Assembly: GCA_965240325.2 (NCBI GenBank)
Contig: OZ251222.1
Location: 558,001-622,000, forward strand
DNA: 64,000 bases
Direction: 5' to 3'
Origin: Rebecca billardiae RCC1528
Taxonomy: Eukaryota; Protista; Haptophyta
The position numbers were made by a program, and so were the translations under genes. This document shows, in pieces, positions 1-13,096 of the stretch (the first letter of the stretch is position 1; the number at the start of each line of letters is the position of its first letter). Under the pieces are notes generated by a model. It did not search any database and was not told the origin of the DNA. It saw only the letters and a list, made by a program, of their open reading frames with translations.

Positions 1-173
1 CGTGCGGCCCACGCCGAGGGCGGCGGCAGCGCCGCGAGCCGGCGCGGCAGCAGCCGTCGCGGCAGCGAGCGTCGGCCCTCCAGCCACCGCTCGATCAGCC
101 CGACGGCGTACCGATCGATCAGCCCGACCGGCTCGATCGCGCGCGCGCACACGCGCACGCCGGGCGATCGCAG

Positions 174-2451
174 CCCCGGCGAGACGCCCGTCTCGTTCGG
201 CGGCGTCTCCTTCGGCACCGACTCGCTCGCCGAGGACGGCGCGGCCGAGGCGCTCGCGGAGGGCGCGCCCGCGGCCGACGCGGACGCCGATCTCGAGCGC
301 GAGATCGAGCCTGCCGAGGACGCGCAGGTCGCGCAGGCGCTCGAGGCGCTGCGCGCGGCGGGCGACCACATGGCGCTGATCGTGCGTGACGCGGCGGGCA
401 TCCGCGCGCCGCTCTCCGCGACGGTGCGCTCGGGCAGCCCGTCGCGCGAGCCGAGGCCCGAGGGCGCGGTGAAGGTGGCCGGCGGCGGCGCGGAGTCGGA
501 CGCGGCGCGCGGGCCCCTGCGCGGCCCGGCGATCGAGCAGTTCTGGGACGAGTCGCTCGGCGTGGTGTCGGCGGTGCTGCTCGAGTCCTCCGCCTCGTCG
601 CTGCGCAAGCAGCAGCTCCTCGACAGCCTGCGCTACTGGACGGAGCGCGGCGAGGACGAGCTGCCGGACACCTCCAGAGAGGCCGCGCAGGCAGAACTCG
701 AGGCGCAGGACGCGATCCGCTCGGTGGCGGACTACGAGGCGCTGATGGCGCGGCGGTCGCAGCTGCTCGTGGACGCGGTGACCGACCTCTCCGCCGAGCA
801 CGCGCAGCTGCGCCAGCTCGAGGCGCACCGCCGCGTGCGCGCGCGCGAGGAGGCGGAGGAGCATGAGGCGAAGGGCATGATGTCTCGACTCAAGGCGTCT
901 GCGGCCGTCAAGGAGCGCTCGGCGCTGATCGAGGGGGCGAAGAAGGCGGAGGCGGCGCTGGCGGAGTGCAGGGCGCAGGTGGCGGAGCGCGACGCGCAGC
1001 TGCACAAGGCGCAGGAGGAGCTCCTCGAGATCTCGGCCAACGTCACCGCGCTCCGGCGCGTGCACGAGCAGGAGTTGGCAAGCGCGCGCGCGCAGGCGGA
1101 GTCAAAGGCGCTGGCGGCGATCGCGCGCGCCGAGGCGGAGACGGAGGTGCGCGTGAAGGCGGAGCTCGCGGCCGACCCGCAGCTGCTCGCCGCGACGGTC
1201 GCCGCGTTCCGCGCCGACTCGGGCGCGCCCGCCGAGCCGCCCGCCGACCCGAACGCGCCGTCGTGGCGCGAGCAGCTGCAGGCGACAGTCAAGGACTTGC
1301 ACACTGCGCAGGAGCGCGCGGCGCGCATCCGCTCCGAGCTTGAGGCGTACTGGGGGGCGAAGGTGGAGGAGGAGGTGGCGGCGGCGCGCGCGGCGGCGTT
1401 CTCGGAGGGCGAGGCGCACGCCGAGGCCGAGCTCAAGCGGCTCACCCGCCGGCTCGAGTCCGCCGAGGGCCGGCTGAGCCACACGCGCCTCGACGCTGAG
1501 AAGGCGCAAGACTTAGTCGGCTCGCGGGACGGCCAGCTGCGGGAGCTGCTCAACAACGCGGCGGAGGCGGACGTGCGGCGGGAGCAGGCGGAGTGGGCGC
1601 TGGCGAGGGCGGAGGCGGCGGCGGGCGAGGAGCGCAAGACCGCCCACGCCGCGCGCGCCGCGCTGCGCGTCGCGGAGGAGGCGGCGGGCGCTGCGGCGCT
1701 CGAGATGGCGCGCGCGGTCGCGCGCGAGCGACGCAGGGCGCAACTGCAGCTGGCCGCGCTCGCCGCCGCGCGCCCCAGGCCGGCGGCGGGGACGGCGCAG
1801 CCCGACGCCGCCGACGCCGCCGCCGCCGCCGACCCCGCCGACGACGACGAGGAGGCGAGCCGCGTCACCGCCGCCGCCGCGCGCGACACGTTCAGAGCCA
1901 TCCGCGCGGCGGCGGTCGAGGCGCGGAGCGCGCGCGCGTCCGCGCAGCTCGCGGCAAACGCGCGCGCGGCGGGTGCGGTGCTGCGCGCGGCGGACGTGCT
2001 CGGCGTCTCGCTCGACGCGATCGTCGACGTGGGCGACAAGGCCGCGTGGGCCGAGCTCGTCGCCGGCGCGCGCATCGAGGCGATGGCGCAGGGCGCGCAC
2101 GCCTCGGAGCGCACCTCGGCGATGAAGAGTGCGCTGGCGCAGCAGCTGGCGACGCGCGACGCGAGCGCGGCCGAGGCCGAGGCCGCGGCCGCCGCCGCCG
2201 CGGGCGCGGGCGCGGGCGCGCCCGCGAGCGCGCCGCCCGCGCTCGCGCCCGCCATCGCGGAGAAGCCTCCGGAGAAGCTCCCGCCGAAGGTTCGGAAGCA
2301 AGCCTCCTCCACCAAGGGTGGCGGCGGCAAGGGCGGCGGCGGCGGCGGCGGCGGCGGCAAGGGCGGCGGCGCGGCCGCGGCCGCGCCCAAAGCGGGGCGG
2401 CCTGCGGCGGTGGATGTGTCAGCGCCGCGCCCGGCGGCGGCGCGCGCGCCA

Positions 2452-2489
<38 letters not shown>

Positions 2490-3314
2490 GCCCGCCGAGG
2501 CCGCCGGCCCGCCGCCCGCGCTCGCGCCCGCGCCGCGCGACGGCCCGATGGCGACGGCGCTGCGCAGTCTGGCGACTTTCACGCCGGCGCTTGCGTCGCA
2601 CGATGAGCAGCAGGCGACGGCGGAGGCGCGGGAGGCGGTGGCGAGGGCGTTGGTGGCCGCGGACAGCGAGCGCGCGGCGCGGGAGAAGGTGGAGGAGGAC
2701 CGCGCCGCACTCGTCATGCAGGCGGCGGTGCGCGGCCGCACAGACCGCCGCCGTGCTCGCAAGGCCAAGGCGGTCAAGAGCAACACGGCGGCGGCGGCGG
2801 CGGCGGCGGCCGGCGGCGGCGCGCCGAGCGGCGGCACGGGAGGCGGCGGCGGTGGGCGTGCGGCGGGCGTCGACCCGATCGCCGCGGCGAAGAGCGTGGT
2901 AGACGAGGTGAACGCGAAGAACGCGCAGCGCGAGCGCGCCGCCGAGGCCGCGCGCGCCGAGGCCGCCGCCGCCGCCGCCGCCGCCGCGGCGGACGAGGCG
3001 GCGGCGGCGGCTGTCATGCAGCGGCATGTGCGGGGCACGCGCGCGCGCGCAGACGCACTGTCGCGCCGCCGCCGACGCGAAGAGGAGCGGGAGCTGACGG
3101 CGGCGATCGCCGCGGCGTCGCCGGCGGTTGTGCGGCCCAGCGCCGCCGAGGCCGCCGCCGAGGCCGCCGCCGCCGCCGCCGCCGCCGAGGCGGGGCGCGC
3201 CGACGCGGCGGCGGCGCACGAGGCCGCCGCGCGCTCGGTTCAAGCCGCGGCGCGCGGGCGGCGCGGCCGCGCGCTCGCGGGCACAAGACGGCGCGCCGCG
3301 CAGGCGGAGGAGGA

Positions 3315-3349
<35 letters not shown>

Positions 3350-6306
3350 GCGGGGAGCGCGAGGAGGAGCAGCGCCAGGCCGCCGCAGCCGCAGCCGCAG
3401 CCGCGCGCGCGGAGGCGGAGGCGGCGGAGGCGGAGGCGGCGGCCGCGCGGCGCGCGGCCGCGGTGGCGGCGGCGGAGGCGCGCGCGGAGGCGGAGGCGGC
3501 GTCGGCCGCGGAGGCGGCAGCGGAGGCGCGCGCGGCCGTCGCGCTGCAGGCGGTGGCGCGCGGCCACTTCTCGCGGCGCACGCTCGCCTCCGAGCGCGCC
3601 TCGCAGCGCACCGACGAGCGCCGCGCGGTTGACTCGGCCGCGCGCGCCGACGCGGCCGCGCGCACTATCCAGGCGGCAGCGCGCGGCCGGCGCGCGCGCG
3701 CGCGCGCCGCCGACGCGTCGCGCCGCGCGGCGGAGGCGAGGGCGGCGGCGGCGCTCGCGCGCGCGCGCGCCGAGGCGGCTGCGACGCCGCCGCCCGTCGC
3801 GCCCCGCCCCTTGGCGCCGCCGCCGCCGCCGCCGGGCCCGTCCGACGCCGAGGCCACGGCCGCCGCGGTTCGGATGCAAGCTTGGCTCCGCGGCCGGCGC
3901 GGCCGGCGCGACGCGGCGGGCGCGAGGCACGCGCGCGCGCAGGCGGCGGCGGAGGCGGCGGAGGCGGAGGCGGCGGCGGCGCGGGCGGCGCTCGACGCCG
4001 CGCGCGCGGCGGGCGAGGAGGCCGCCGCGCGCGCGCACCTCGACGCGCTCGAGGCGCGCGCCACGCAGCTCGCCGCCGCGGCCGAGTCCGCAGCGGCCGA
4101 GCTCGCGAGTTACTCATATGAGTATTTGGCCGAGGCGGCGGCGGTGTCGGCGCTGACGGAGGCGGCGCTCGCGCGCACGCCGACGCCGACGGAGGGCTCG
4201 GTGGCGGGGCCGGGCCTCCCCGCATCGCCGCCCTCATCCTCCGGCGGCCTCAGCCCCGCCGCCTCCGCGCGCGCCGAGATGGCGCGCGCCGCGGTACGGC
4301 TGCAGTCGCGCGAGCGCGCGCGTCGGGAGCGGCGCAAGGCGGAGGTCCTTCGCGCCGCCTCGCGCGCGTCCGGGTTCAGCTTCGGCTCGAGCCGGCGCGA
4401 GGTGCGCGGGCCGCTGCAGCTGCACGGCGCGCGGATCGCCGACGCGCACGAGGCGCTGGCGCACGCGCTGCAGGCGCAGCTGGCCGACTCCGAGGCCGAG
4501 CTCGCCGGCCTGCGCACGCAGCTGCAACACTTTGCTGCCGAGGCAAGCGTCCTGCGCGCGGCGGTGGCGGAGGCGGAGGCGGCGGCGGCGCGCGCGCGCG
4601 GGGACGTGGCGCAGGCGGGGAGTGCGGGCGCGGAGGCGGGCGCGCCGGGCGCGGAGGCCGCCGCGAGGCCGCCGCCCTCCGGGCCGAGGCCGCCGCCTGT
4701 CGGCCGCGGCCGGCTCAAGCGCACCACCTTTGCCGACGACGCGGCCGCGGGCGGCGGCGCGGGCGGCGCGGGCGGCGCGGGCGGCGCGGGCGGCGCGGGC
4801 GGCGCGGGTGCGCCGACCGCGGCGGCCGCGGCGGCGGAGCGGCGCGCGACGGGCGACGTGCAGAGCGGCGGCGCGGGCGGTGCGATCGACGCCGCGCTCG
4901 CGGGCGCGGAGCAGCACGCGCCGGACGCAGCCACGGCCGGTGCTGCGGACGCGGCGGCCGAGCCGGCAGCTGCCGCGGCCGCGGCCGGCGGCGGAGCGGC
5001 GCGCGCGCGCCGCGCCGCGGCCGGCGCCACTACCCAGCTTTCGAGCACGCCTGAGCTGGCCGTGGCGGCGCTGTCGCAGGCGGCGGAGGGGTACGCGCGG
5101 CTGCGCCCGGTGCTCGCGGCCATCATCGCCCCGCTGCCGCGCGGCGCGGAGCGCACCGGCTCCGCTTTCCCGCCGTGGCCGCCGCCGCCGCCGCTCGGCG
5201 CGGCACGTGACAGGGGCTCGGGCGGCGCGCGCGCCGGCGCGTCCGCGGCCGCGTCGGCGAGCGCGCACGCCGCGGAGCTTGCCGAGCGCATCGCGGCGGA
5301 CTTGGACCTGATCGAGTCGCTCTTCACGCGGGGCAGCACCCTCTCCGTCCCCGCCGAGGTCGCGCGAGCGATCGTCGAGATCGCACGCAGCGCGCGCGCC
5401 GCGGGCCGGCCGGCGCCGCCAGAGCCGGCCGCGCCGCGCGCCGTGCGGCCTGGGCGGCCAGCGCTGAGCACGGTGACTTTGGCGGAGGGCGTGGCGCACG
5501 CGACGGCGTGGGCGGCGGCGGGCGCTCGGGAGAAGGGGCGGCGCGAGCCGCCGCCGCCGGACAGCGCCGCCGCGCTCTACCCGCCGCTGCCGCCGCACAC
5601 GCGCTACCTCGACCGCGCCCCGATCGTGAGTGTGGTCGAGGGCGCGGCGGAGGATGATGCGCCGCCGCCGCCGCCGCCGCCGCTGCTGCTGCCACCGGGC
5701 GCGCACGCGCGGCTGAGCCCGCGCGCGCCCGCGCCGAAGGGCGGCGCGCCGCCGGGTGCCGCCGACGCCGACGCCGACGCCGCCCCGTCCTCCTCGCCCA
5801 CCAAGCAGCTGGGCGAGCTCCGTGAAAGGCACAGAGCAGCGGCCGCGCGCGCGCGCGCGCAGGGCTTGCACTGGCATGCAGCCACGGAGGAGGGCGGCGC
5901 GGCGGCGGCCATGCTGCTCGCGCCCAGGCAGCCGACGCCGGGCACGATGACCGCGGCGCACCAGCTGCAGGCGGCGCAGGCGACGGCGCGGCCGCGCGCG
6001 CTCCCGGTCACCGACTCGCTCGGCGGCGCCGGCGCCGGCGCCGATCCCATAGGCCCCAGCGCGCACGCGCTCGGCGCGAGCGGCGGCGTGGGGCCGGGCG
6101 GCGGCGCGCGCGCGCTGGGCGCGGGCGCGACACCGGCGCGCTCGCCGCGCGCGGTGCCGCCGCTGCGCGCCGCGCCGCCGCCGCCGCCGCCGCCGCAGTT
6201 CCAGCCTGGAGGCGGCAAGCTGATGGCTGTGGGCGGGGGGGTGCCCTTCGCGACGGCGGCGCCGCCGGGCGCGCCTCAGCCTGCGCCGGCGCCGCCACCG
6301 CCGTGA
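174..6306 (+). CDS. Large Ala-rich coiled-coil protein with multiple IQ calmodulin-binding motifs (5'-partial, last exon)
   Basis: The frame of ORF 370-6306 stays open back to an intron acceptor (CGCAG, ending at 173). IQ-like motifs include AARTIQAAARGRRAR, AAVRMQAWLRGRRGR, AAVALQAVARGHFSR and ALVMQAAVRGRTDR, plus long EA/RA-rich coiled coils. Confidence 0.7.
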
Positions 6307-7231
6307 CTGCTCAGTGTCCGACTGCGTACTGACGGTCCGACTCAGCCCGAGTCGGGCCGAGTGCCCGTCAGCTATACCGTCAGCTGTCTGAGCTGAGCCT
6401 GGGTCTGGCGGACTGCGTCAGCGAATAGCGATGCCATGCCCGTTACTGAACCGGAGTGCCCCGCGACTCGCGAGTAGTCTCACTCAGTAGACAGTCAGTA
6501 ATCGACTATCGAGTCGGCAGTGCCCGACAGCCGAGGGCGAGGGCGAGTGCGCTGCACACAGCCTGACTGTCTCAGCCACCTCGTCCTCGATCGGCTGAGT
6601 AACGGTGAGTCTGGCACTATACTCACTGTTAGGCCGCGTCGGCCACGGCCGGGCGACCGCGCATTCAAATATTAATAAGTTATAATATATTCAATTTTCA
6701 ATCGGGCATTCGCGTTAGCCCCCCGCGCAGCCGGCGAGCCGCACGGCCGGCCCGCAGGCGCAGGCAGTACGGCTCTTAGCGGCTAGTTAGCGAGGATACT
6801 AGTTACTAACAGGACAGCTAGTGCTAAGCGCATTGCGCTCAGCTATAGCTGATGCCGAAGTGAGAGGGATCCGATGATACGCCTGCTACGATACCATAGT
6901 CTAATGACGATATAGTCACTACTGAGACTACTAGCTCACTGACTAGCCCCTCCGGCCTCCCGCCTCCGTCTGGCGGTCTCTGTGACTACTTGACTGTTAG
7001 AATGGGTCCGGTTGCGACACCCGTCTGGTCACTGGTCAGCACCGCCCCGGACTCATCAGGAGCTTTTGAAAGCACCGTGCGGGTTGACCAGTGCACCCAA
7101 AACCGCTTCCCGGTGCACGAGCAAGGAAGGCACTTGGACAGGTGCACTGGCTGCTCGTTGGCCAGCCGCCCAGCCTGCGAGGTGCATCTCGGCGGTCGAG
7201 CAGGGCAAGGCCCTCGGCGTGGGCGGGCAGC

Positions 7232-10200
7232 ATGTCCTCGGAGCAGGCGACGAATGTCTCGGGCCGCGCCAAGCGGCAGGTGAAGCCACGCATCGTGATG
7301 GTCGACGGCCAGGCCGTGCTGCGCCTCAACAGCTACGACATCGACGAGGGCGAGCCGTCCGTCTTTGCGCGCGAGCTCGGCGGCGCATCCGGTGCGGAGC
7401 AGGCCGCGCGGAGCAGCCGTGCGCAGCAGGCCACGCCCGTGGCGCGCGCGCCGCGGGGTGCGCGCGCGCCGCCGAAGCGGCAGGCGCCGGCTGAGCAGAA
7501 GAAGAGGCCGCCGAAGGCGTCCGACGTCGAGCGCCGCCGCGCCGAGCTCAACGAGCGCATCCGCGCGGACGCGGCCGCGTCGGAGGCGCGGCGCGCGCAC
7601 TTCTTGCGCGAGCACGCGCAGCTCTTCGGCGAGTTTGGCGCGCGCATCCCCTCGCCCGCGGTCCCGTCCGCGCCGGCGGGCAGCGCCGCCCTCGCGCGCA
7701 AGATCGAGGCGGACGTCGCGCGCGCCTCGGCGCTGCGCCCGCGGCGCGAGCTCACGGTCGAGCTGCGCGACTACCAGCAGGCCGGGCTGCGCTGGCTCGC
7801 GACGGCGCACGCGCGCGGGCACTCGGCGATCCTGGGCGACGAGATGGGCCTGGGCAAGACGCTGCAGACCATCGCCTTCCTCGCGCACCTCAAGTTCGAC
7901 CTCGGTCTGCGCGGCGCGTCGCTCGTGATCGCGCCGCTCTCGTGTCTCTCGTCGTGGGTCTCCGAGTGCCGTCGCTTCTGCCCCGCGCTGCGCGTGGTGA
8001 AGCTGCACTCGTCCGAGCCGGCGGAGCGCGAGCGGCTGAAGCGCGAGGTGCTGGGCGAGCTCGAGCGCTTCGACGTGGTGATCACCACCTACGAGATGGC
8101 CAAGGCGGCGCACATGCACTCGCTCCTCGCGCAGCGCACGTGGTGGCGGTACGTGGTGGTGGATGAGGGCCACGTGCTCAAGAACGAGGGCTCGCTCATC
8201 TCGAGGGCGGTGCGCGGCTTGCACTGCCAGCACGCGCTGCTGCTCACGGGCACGCCGCTGCAGAACGACATGCACGAGCTCTGGGCGCTCCTCAACTTCC
8301 TCTTCCCGGACATCTTCCCGGACTCGGCCGCGTTTGACTGCGCGTTCAAGCTGCACGGCGGCCGGCGCGCGGACGAGGTGCGCGCGGCTGCGCGCGGCTG
8401 CGCGCGGCTGCGCGGCTGCGCGGCTGCGCGGCTGCGCGGCTGCGCGGCTTCGCGGCTGCGCGGCGCTGACGTGCGCGGCGCGCACGCCGCGCGCGACGCC
8501 CCCCGCACGCGCGGCGCAGGTGGACAAGGCCAAGCTGCTGCGCGCGCACGCGCTGCTGCGGCCGCTGATGCTGCGGCGCGTGAAGACCGACGTTGAGAAG
8601 CGACTGCCGCCCAAGCTCGAGACCACGATCGAGTGCCCGCTCTCCGACATGCAGCTGTTCTGGTACAAGCGGCTGCTGCTGCGCGACCACTCGCTGCTCG
8701 GCGCGCTCGAGGCGGAGGCGGCCGAGGCGGCGAGCGCGTCCGGCACCGACTGGCGGAAGCTGCAGAACCTTCTGATGCAACTGCGGAAGGTGTGCGACCA
8801 CCCGTACCTCATCGACGGCGCAGAGAACGTGGCGCACGCGCACGCGGGCTCGCGCGAGTACGCCACCGCGCTCGTGCAGGCGTCGGGCAAGCTCGCCGTC
8901 CTCGACCGGCTGCTGCGCGCGCTGCATGCGGGCGGCCACCGCGTCGTGCTCTTCTCGCAGTACTGCATGATGCTCGACCTGCTCGAGGAGTACTGCTTCG
9001 CCGCGGGGTGGGCGTACCGCCGGCTCGACGGCTCGACCAACCGCGTGCAGCGCACCGTCAACATCAACAGCTTCAACGCGCCCGGCTCGAAGATCTTCCT
9101 CTTCCTGATGAGCACGCGCGCGGGCGGGCTCGGGATCAACTGCCAGACGGCCGACACGTGCGTCCTCTTCGACTCGGATTGGAACCCTCAGGCGGACTTG
9201 CAGGCGGCGGCGCGCGTGCACCGCATCGGCCAGACCAAGCCCGTCCACGTGTACCGCCTCGTCTCGTCCGGCACCGTCGAGGTGCGCGCGCGCGCGCGAC
9301 GCCGCGCGCGCGGCCACGCGCGCCGGCGCCACCCGTGCTCGGCGCACCCGGCCGCCCCCCCCCCCGCGCGCGCGCGGGCGCGCGACGTCACCGCCGCGCC
9401 GCGCCCGCCCCGCGCGTGCGCGCACAGGCGCGCATCTTGCAGCACGCAGAGAAGAAGCTGTACCTCGACCGGATGGTGAACCAGGACTCGGCGGCCGCCG
9501 AGTCCGACGGCGCGGGCGGCGAGAGCGGCGCGCCGTCGGAGGGCGAGCTGCTCTCCGCGCTCAAGTTTGGCACGCAGGTGTGCTTCCGGAGCGAGCACGC
9601 GCGCGCGCCGACGGACGAGGAGATCGGAGCCATCATAGACCGCACGCGCACAGCGGACGCGTCAGTCGGCGCGCTGCGCGGCGGGCAGGCGCGCGCCGCG
9701 GCCGACTTCGACGCGTCCGCCCTCGCCCCGATCTCGGTGCGCGAGCTGCGCGGCGTGACGTACGGCAAGACGGACGGCAAGACCTTCCGCGAGTGCCGCT
9801 CCGTCGAGGAGATTGGCGAGCAGTGGCGCGAGCACGTCGCCTCACAGCGCGCGCGCACAAACACGACTGTGACCGAGTTCGTCAAGGGAGTCGGTCTCGT
9901 GGCCGTGAAGCGGTCGAACAACTACACGATGGGCGAGGGCATGCGGCTCGAGCGCGCGCTCGAGCACCGCGCCCCCGACGGCGCCGGGCGGCAGATCGCC
10001 GGGCGCGACTACGAGCACGAGGAGTTCTGCCTAAGCTGCTGGGACGGCGGCGAGCTCGTGTGCTGCGACCGCTGCCCGTGCGCGTACCACCCGGGGTGCC
10101 TCGGGCTCGAGGGCGCGTCGGAGGTGTCGAGCTTCAGCTGGTCGTGCCCGCACCACAGCTGCGCCACGTGCGCGCGCAAGGCGAGCTCCGCCGGCGGCCT

Positions 10201-12453
10201 CCTCTTCCGCTGCGCCGTCTGCCCCGGCGCGTGGTGCGAGGACCACCTCGAGGATGGCGCGCTGGTCACCGGCACGTGCGAGCGCTTCGACGCGCTCGGC
10301 TTCCGCCCGCCCAAGCAGGGGTGCTACGTGCTGTGCTCGGACGAGTGCAAGGCGTGGGCGCTCGAGCAGGGGCTGGTCGACGCGGAGAGCGCGGAGGCGC
10401 TCGTCTCGGCCGGCGCCATCATCGGCGCGACCGGCGTGGACACAACAGACGCGGCGGCGCGCGCGCAGGCCGCGGCGGAGCGGCGCAAGCAGTGGGTGAG
10501 CGAAGGCGACGGGCGCTCCGCTGCCGAGCGGCTCGAGCCGGAGGTGGCCGCCGCGCTGCGGCTCGCCGCGCAGCGCGAGCCGTGCGCGCTCGAGGCCGCG
10601 TCGCACGCGTGGGCCACGCGCGCGCCCGAGCTGCCCGAGCACATGGCGCTGATGCTGCACGACATCGTGTTCGAGACCGAACTGCTTGGCGCAGCGGATG
10701 CGCTCAACTCCAAGCAAGCGATGGCGGCGGAGGCGGCCAAGGCGCGCGCCGCGCTCGGCGCGTGGCGGGGCCCGCCGCCGCCGAGCGCGCCCACGCCGTC
10801 GGCCGGCGCCGCGCACGCGGACGGCCCCGCCTCCGCCGCCGAGTCGCCGCGCGAGGAGGAGGCGGAGGCGCTGCACGAGGAGCGAGCGCGCTTCTTCCTG
10901 CGCGTGACGCGCGAGCTCGAGTCTCAGCGGCCATTTGTCTGCAGGGTGCGCGCACGCGCGCGCGCGCGCACGCGCGCGGGGGCACGCACGCCGAGCGCGA
11001 GGAGCACGGCCCGTCGCGGGGGGCGCTCAGGCGCTGCGCTGCGCGCGCACGCCCCGCCGCCCGCCCGCCCGCCCCGCGGCGCGCGCCCCTCGGCGGCGTG
11101 CAGGCGCTCTGCCGCGCGCTCGGCATGGCGAGCGTGCACGCGACCACGCAAAACAAGGCGCTCACGTTTGTGGTGAGCGCGGAGCACGTGCAGAGCGGGC
11201 AGGGGCAGAGCGCCAGGCTGCTCCCGTCGCTGCTCGCGCTCTTCCTCGCGCGGCCGCTGCCCGAGCTGCTGTACCTCGCGCCGGAGGTGCGCGCCTCAGG
11301 CTGGCGCAAGTTCGAGTCGCTGCTCACGAGCAAGCTCTTCCCGTCCAAGCGGCTTCTGGTCGTGCGAGGCCAGGTGCGGCCGCGCTTCATGCCGGCCGCG
11401 CAGCCGCCGCGGCCGGCGTGGCTGCCGCCGGGCGCGCAGCCGCCGCAGCCCGCGTGGCCGCTGCTGCAGCCGGGCGCACAGCCCGCGTGGCTGCCGCCGC
11501 AGCCGGCCGCGCGCCCGCCCGTCCTCGGCGTGCCGATCCTCCAGCCGGCGCCGCCGCCCGCCCCGCTCACGCCGGCGGCCATGGCGGCCATCCCGCCCGG
11601 GTGCCACGCCGTGCAGCAGTTCGACGTCTCGGCCGTGCGCCCAATCTCGCACCTCGAGATCACGGTCGCGCTGCCGGTCGCGCTGCAGAGTAGCGCGAAC
11701 GGCTTCGTGATGCTCCGCTTCACCCGGCAGGAGGCGCCGCGGGGGCCGGAGACGGTGACAGTTGGGCAGCTCAAGGCAGAGCTGTGCGAGCGCACGCGTG
11801 TCCCCACTGGCGCGCAGCGGCTCCGCTGGCTGCACTTTGAGCTGTGCGACGACACGCTGCCGTTCGGCGCGCTGCAGCCCGGCCAGACGACCTTCTGCCT
11901 GCACCTCGTCCTGCAGAGCACGCCGGCGCCGGCGCCCAGCGCGCCCCAGAGCACCCCAGCGCCGCCGCCGCCCAGCGCGCCCGCTCCCGTCAGCGCCGCG
12001 CCGCCGAGCGTGGCTCACCAGCCGACCGCGTCGTCGGCGTCGCCCGTCGGCCGCGCGCAGCGGCCGCCGCTGGTGCCTCCGTCGCTCGAGCCGATCGCGC
12101 CGCCCGACAAGGCCGCCGCTCCGGCCCGCGCGGCGGCCGCTCCCCCCGCCGCGTGCAAAACGACTTCGGCCTGCCCGCCGAGTCGAGCAGCCTCGGCGGC
12201 GACGGGCGCGGCCAAGCGCGCCGCCCCGGCCGACGGCAAGTTGCCGCCCTCGAGCGAGCCACGCGGCTGGCGCAAGAGCCCGCGTCTCGCCGAGCCGCAG
12301 CCCAACGAACCGGCCGCTGCGGACGCGACCGCAGGCTGCGCCAAGTCCGGCGAGCGGACGCAGCGGCACACGCAAGCGCAGGCCACCAAGTCTCCCGTTG
12401 GCGCGGGCTCGGCTCGCCGTCCGAGCCCGGTGGCGATGCGACCGCTGAACTAG
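7232..12453 (+). CDS. ISWI/CHD-like SNF2 chromatin-remodelling ATPase with PHD/Cys-His zinc fingers and a probable C-terminal ubiquitin-like domain; exons ~7232-8377, 8520-9281, 9428-10945, 11104-12453
   Basis: SNF2 motifs ILGDEMGLGKTLQ, VVVDEGH, LLTGTPLQN, STRAGGLGIN, DSDWNPQADLQAAARVHRIGQ. PHD FCLSCWDGGELVCCDRCPCAYHPGC. Three GTGCG...CAG introns join the frames. Confidence 0.9.
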
Positions 12454-12649
12454 CCGACTGCGACGAAGCCGCCCGGCCTGGCGGGATCGTCGACATCAGC
12501 ACTGCTACTGTACTGTAGCTGTCTGACAGCACACGCGTCCGATTCGTTATTATAAAGTAGAGACCGGCAGGTAACACTGATGACTAGTACGTCCGCGGTT
12601 CAACTTCAAGTTCAAGGCGCGCTCGGAGTAGTCGCCAGTCGGACGATGA

Positions 12650-12926
12650 CGCGGACTGTGCAGTGTGCTGAAATCTGAGTAAGGGACGGCCGGGTAATTA
12701 CATAGTAATAATAATAAAATAGAGTCTGAACCTGTTGGGAGGTGGTCGGATGCGCCATTTATTCGTCTGTTCGATCTGCTCGTTGAAGTCATCAATCGGG
12801 GGTCGGTGAGGGACACTGCTGCATGGTCCGCTTGGTTGCCCTTCGCCGCTCGCCCTCGGGCCCGGCGCCGGCCAAGACGTCGTAACGGAGCCCGTGGGGG
12901 GGGGGTTGGACCGCGGAGCCGGAGCC
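12650..12926. repeat. Partial copy of a dispersed repeat (matches the right arm of the 41933-42670 foldback element)
   Basis: Shares collinear blocks GGGTAATTACATAGTAA, AAATAGAGTCTGAACCT, GACACTGCTGCATGGTCCGCTTGGTT and GGAGCCGGAGCC with 42230-42670. Confidence 0.75.
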
Positions 12927-13096
12927 AAGAGGCGGTCGTCGTCAGCACAGTCGGCGCGCCGCATCATGATGCGCTGCTGCCGGCATGCCGTATATGCATG
13001 ACCATATCGAATGCGACGACGCATGCCGCGGCACCCGCACGAGCACGGCTTCAGAGTTCAGATGCGCCTTGCATCATCAGCGCAATATTTCGGCAC

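Noticed and set aside
8378-8519. Short GCGCGGCT-type repeat as a coding insertion in the SNF2 gene
   Set aside because: It lies within a GT...AG intron whose removal restores the helicase frame.
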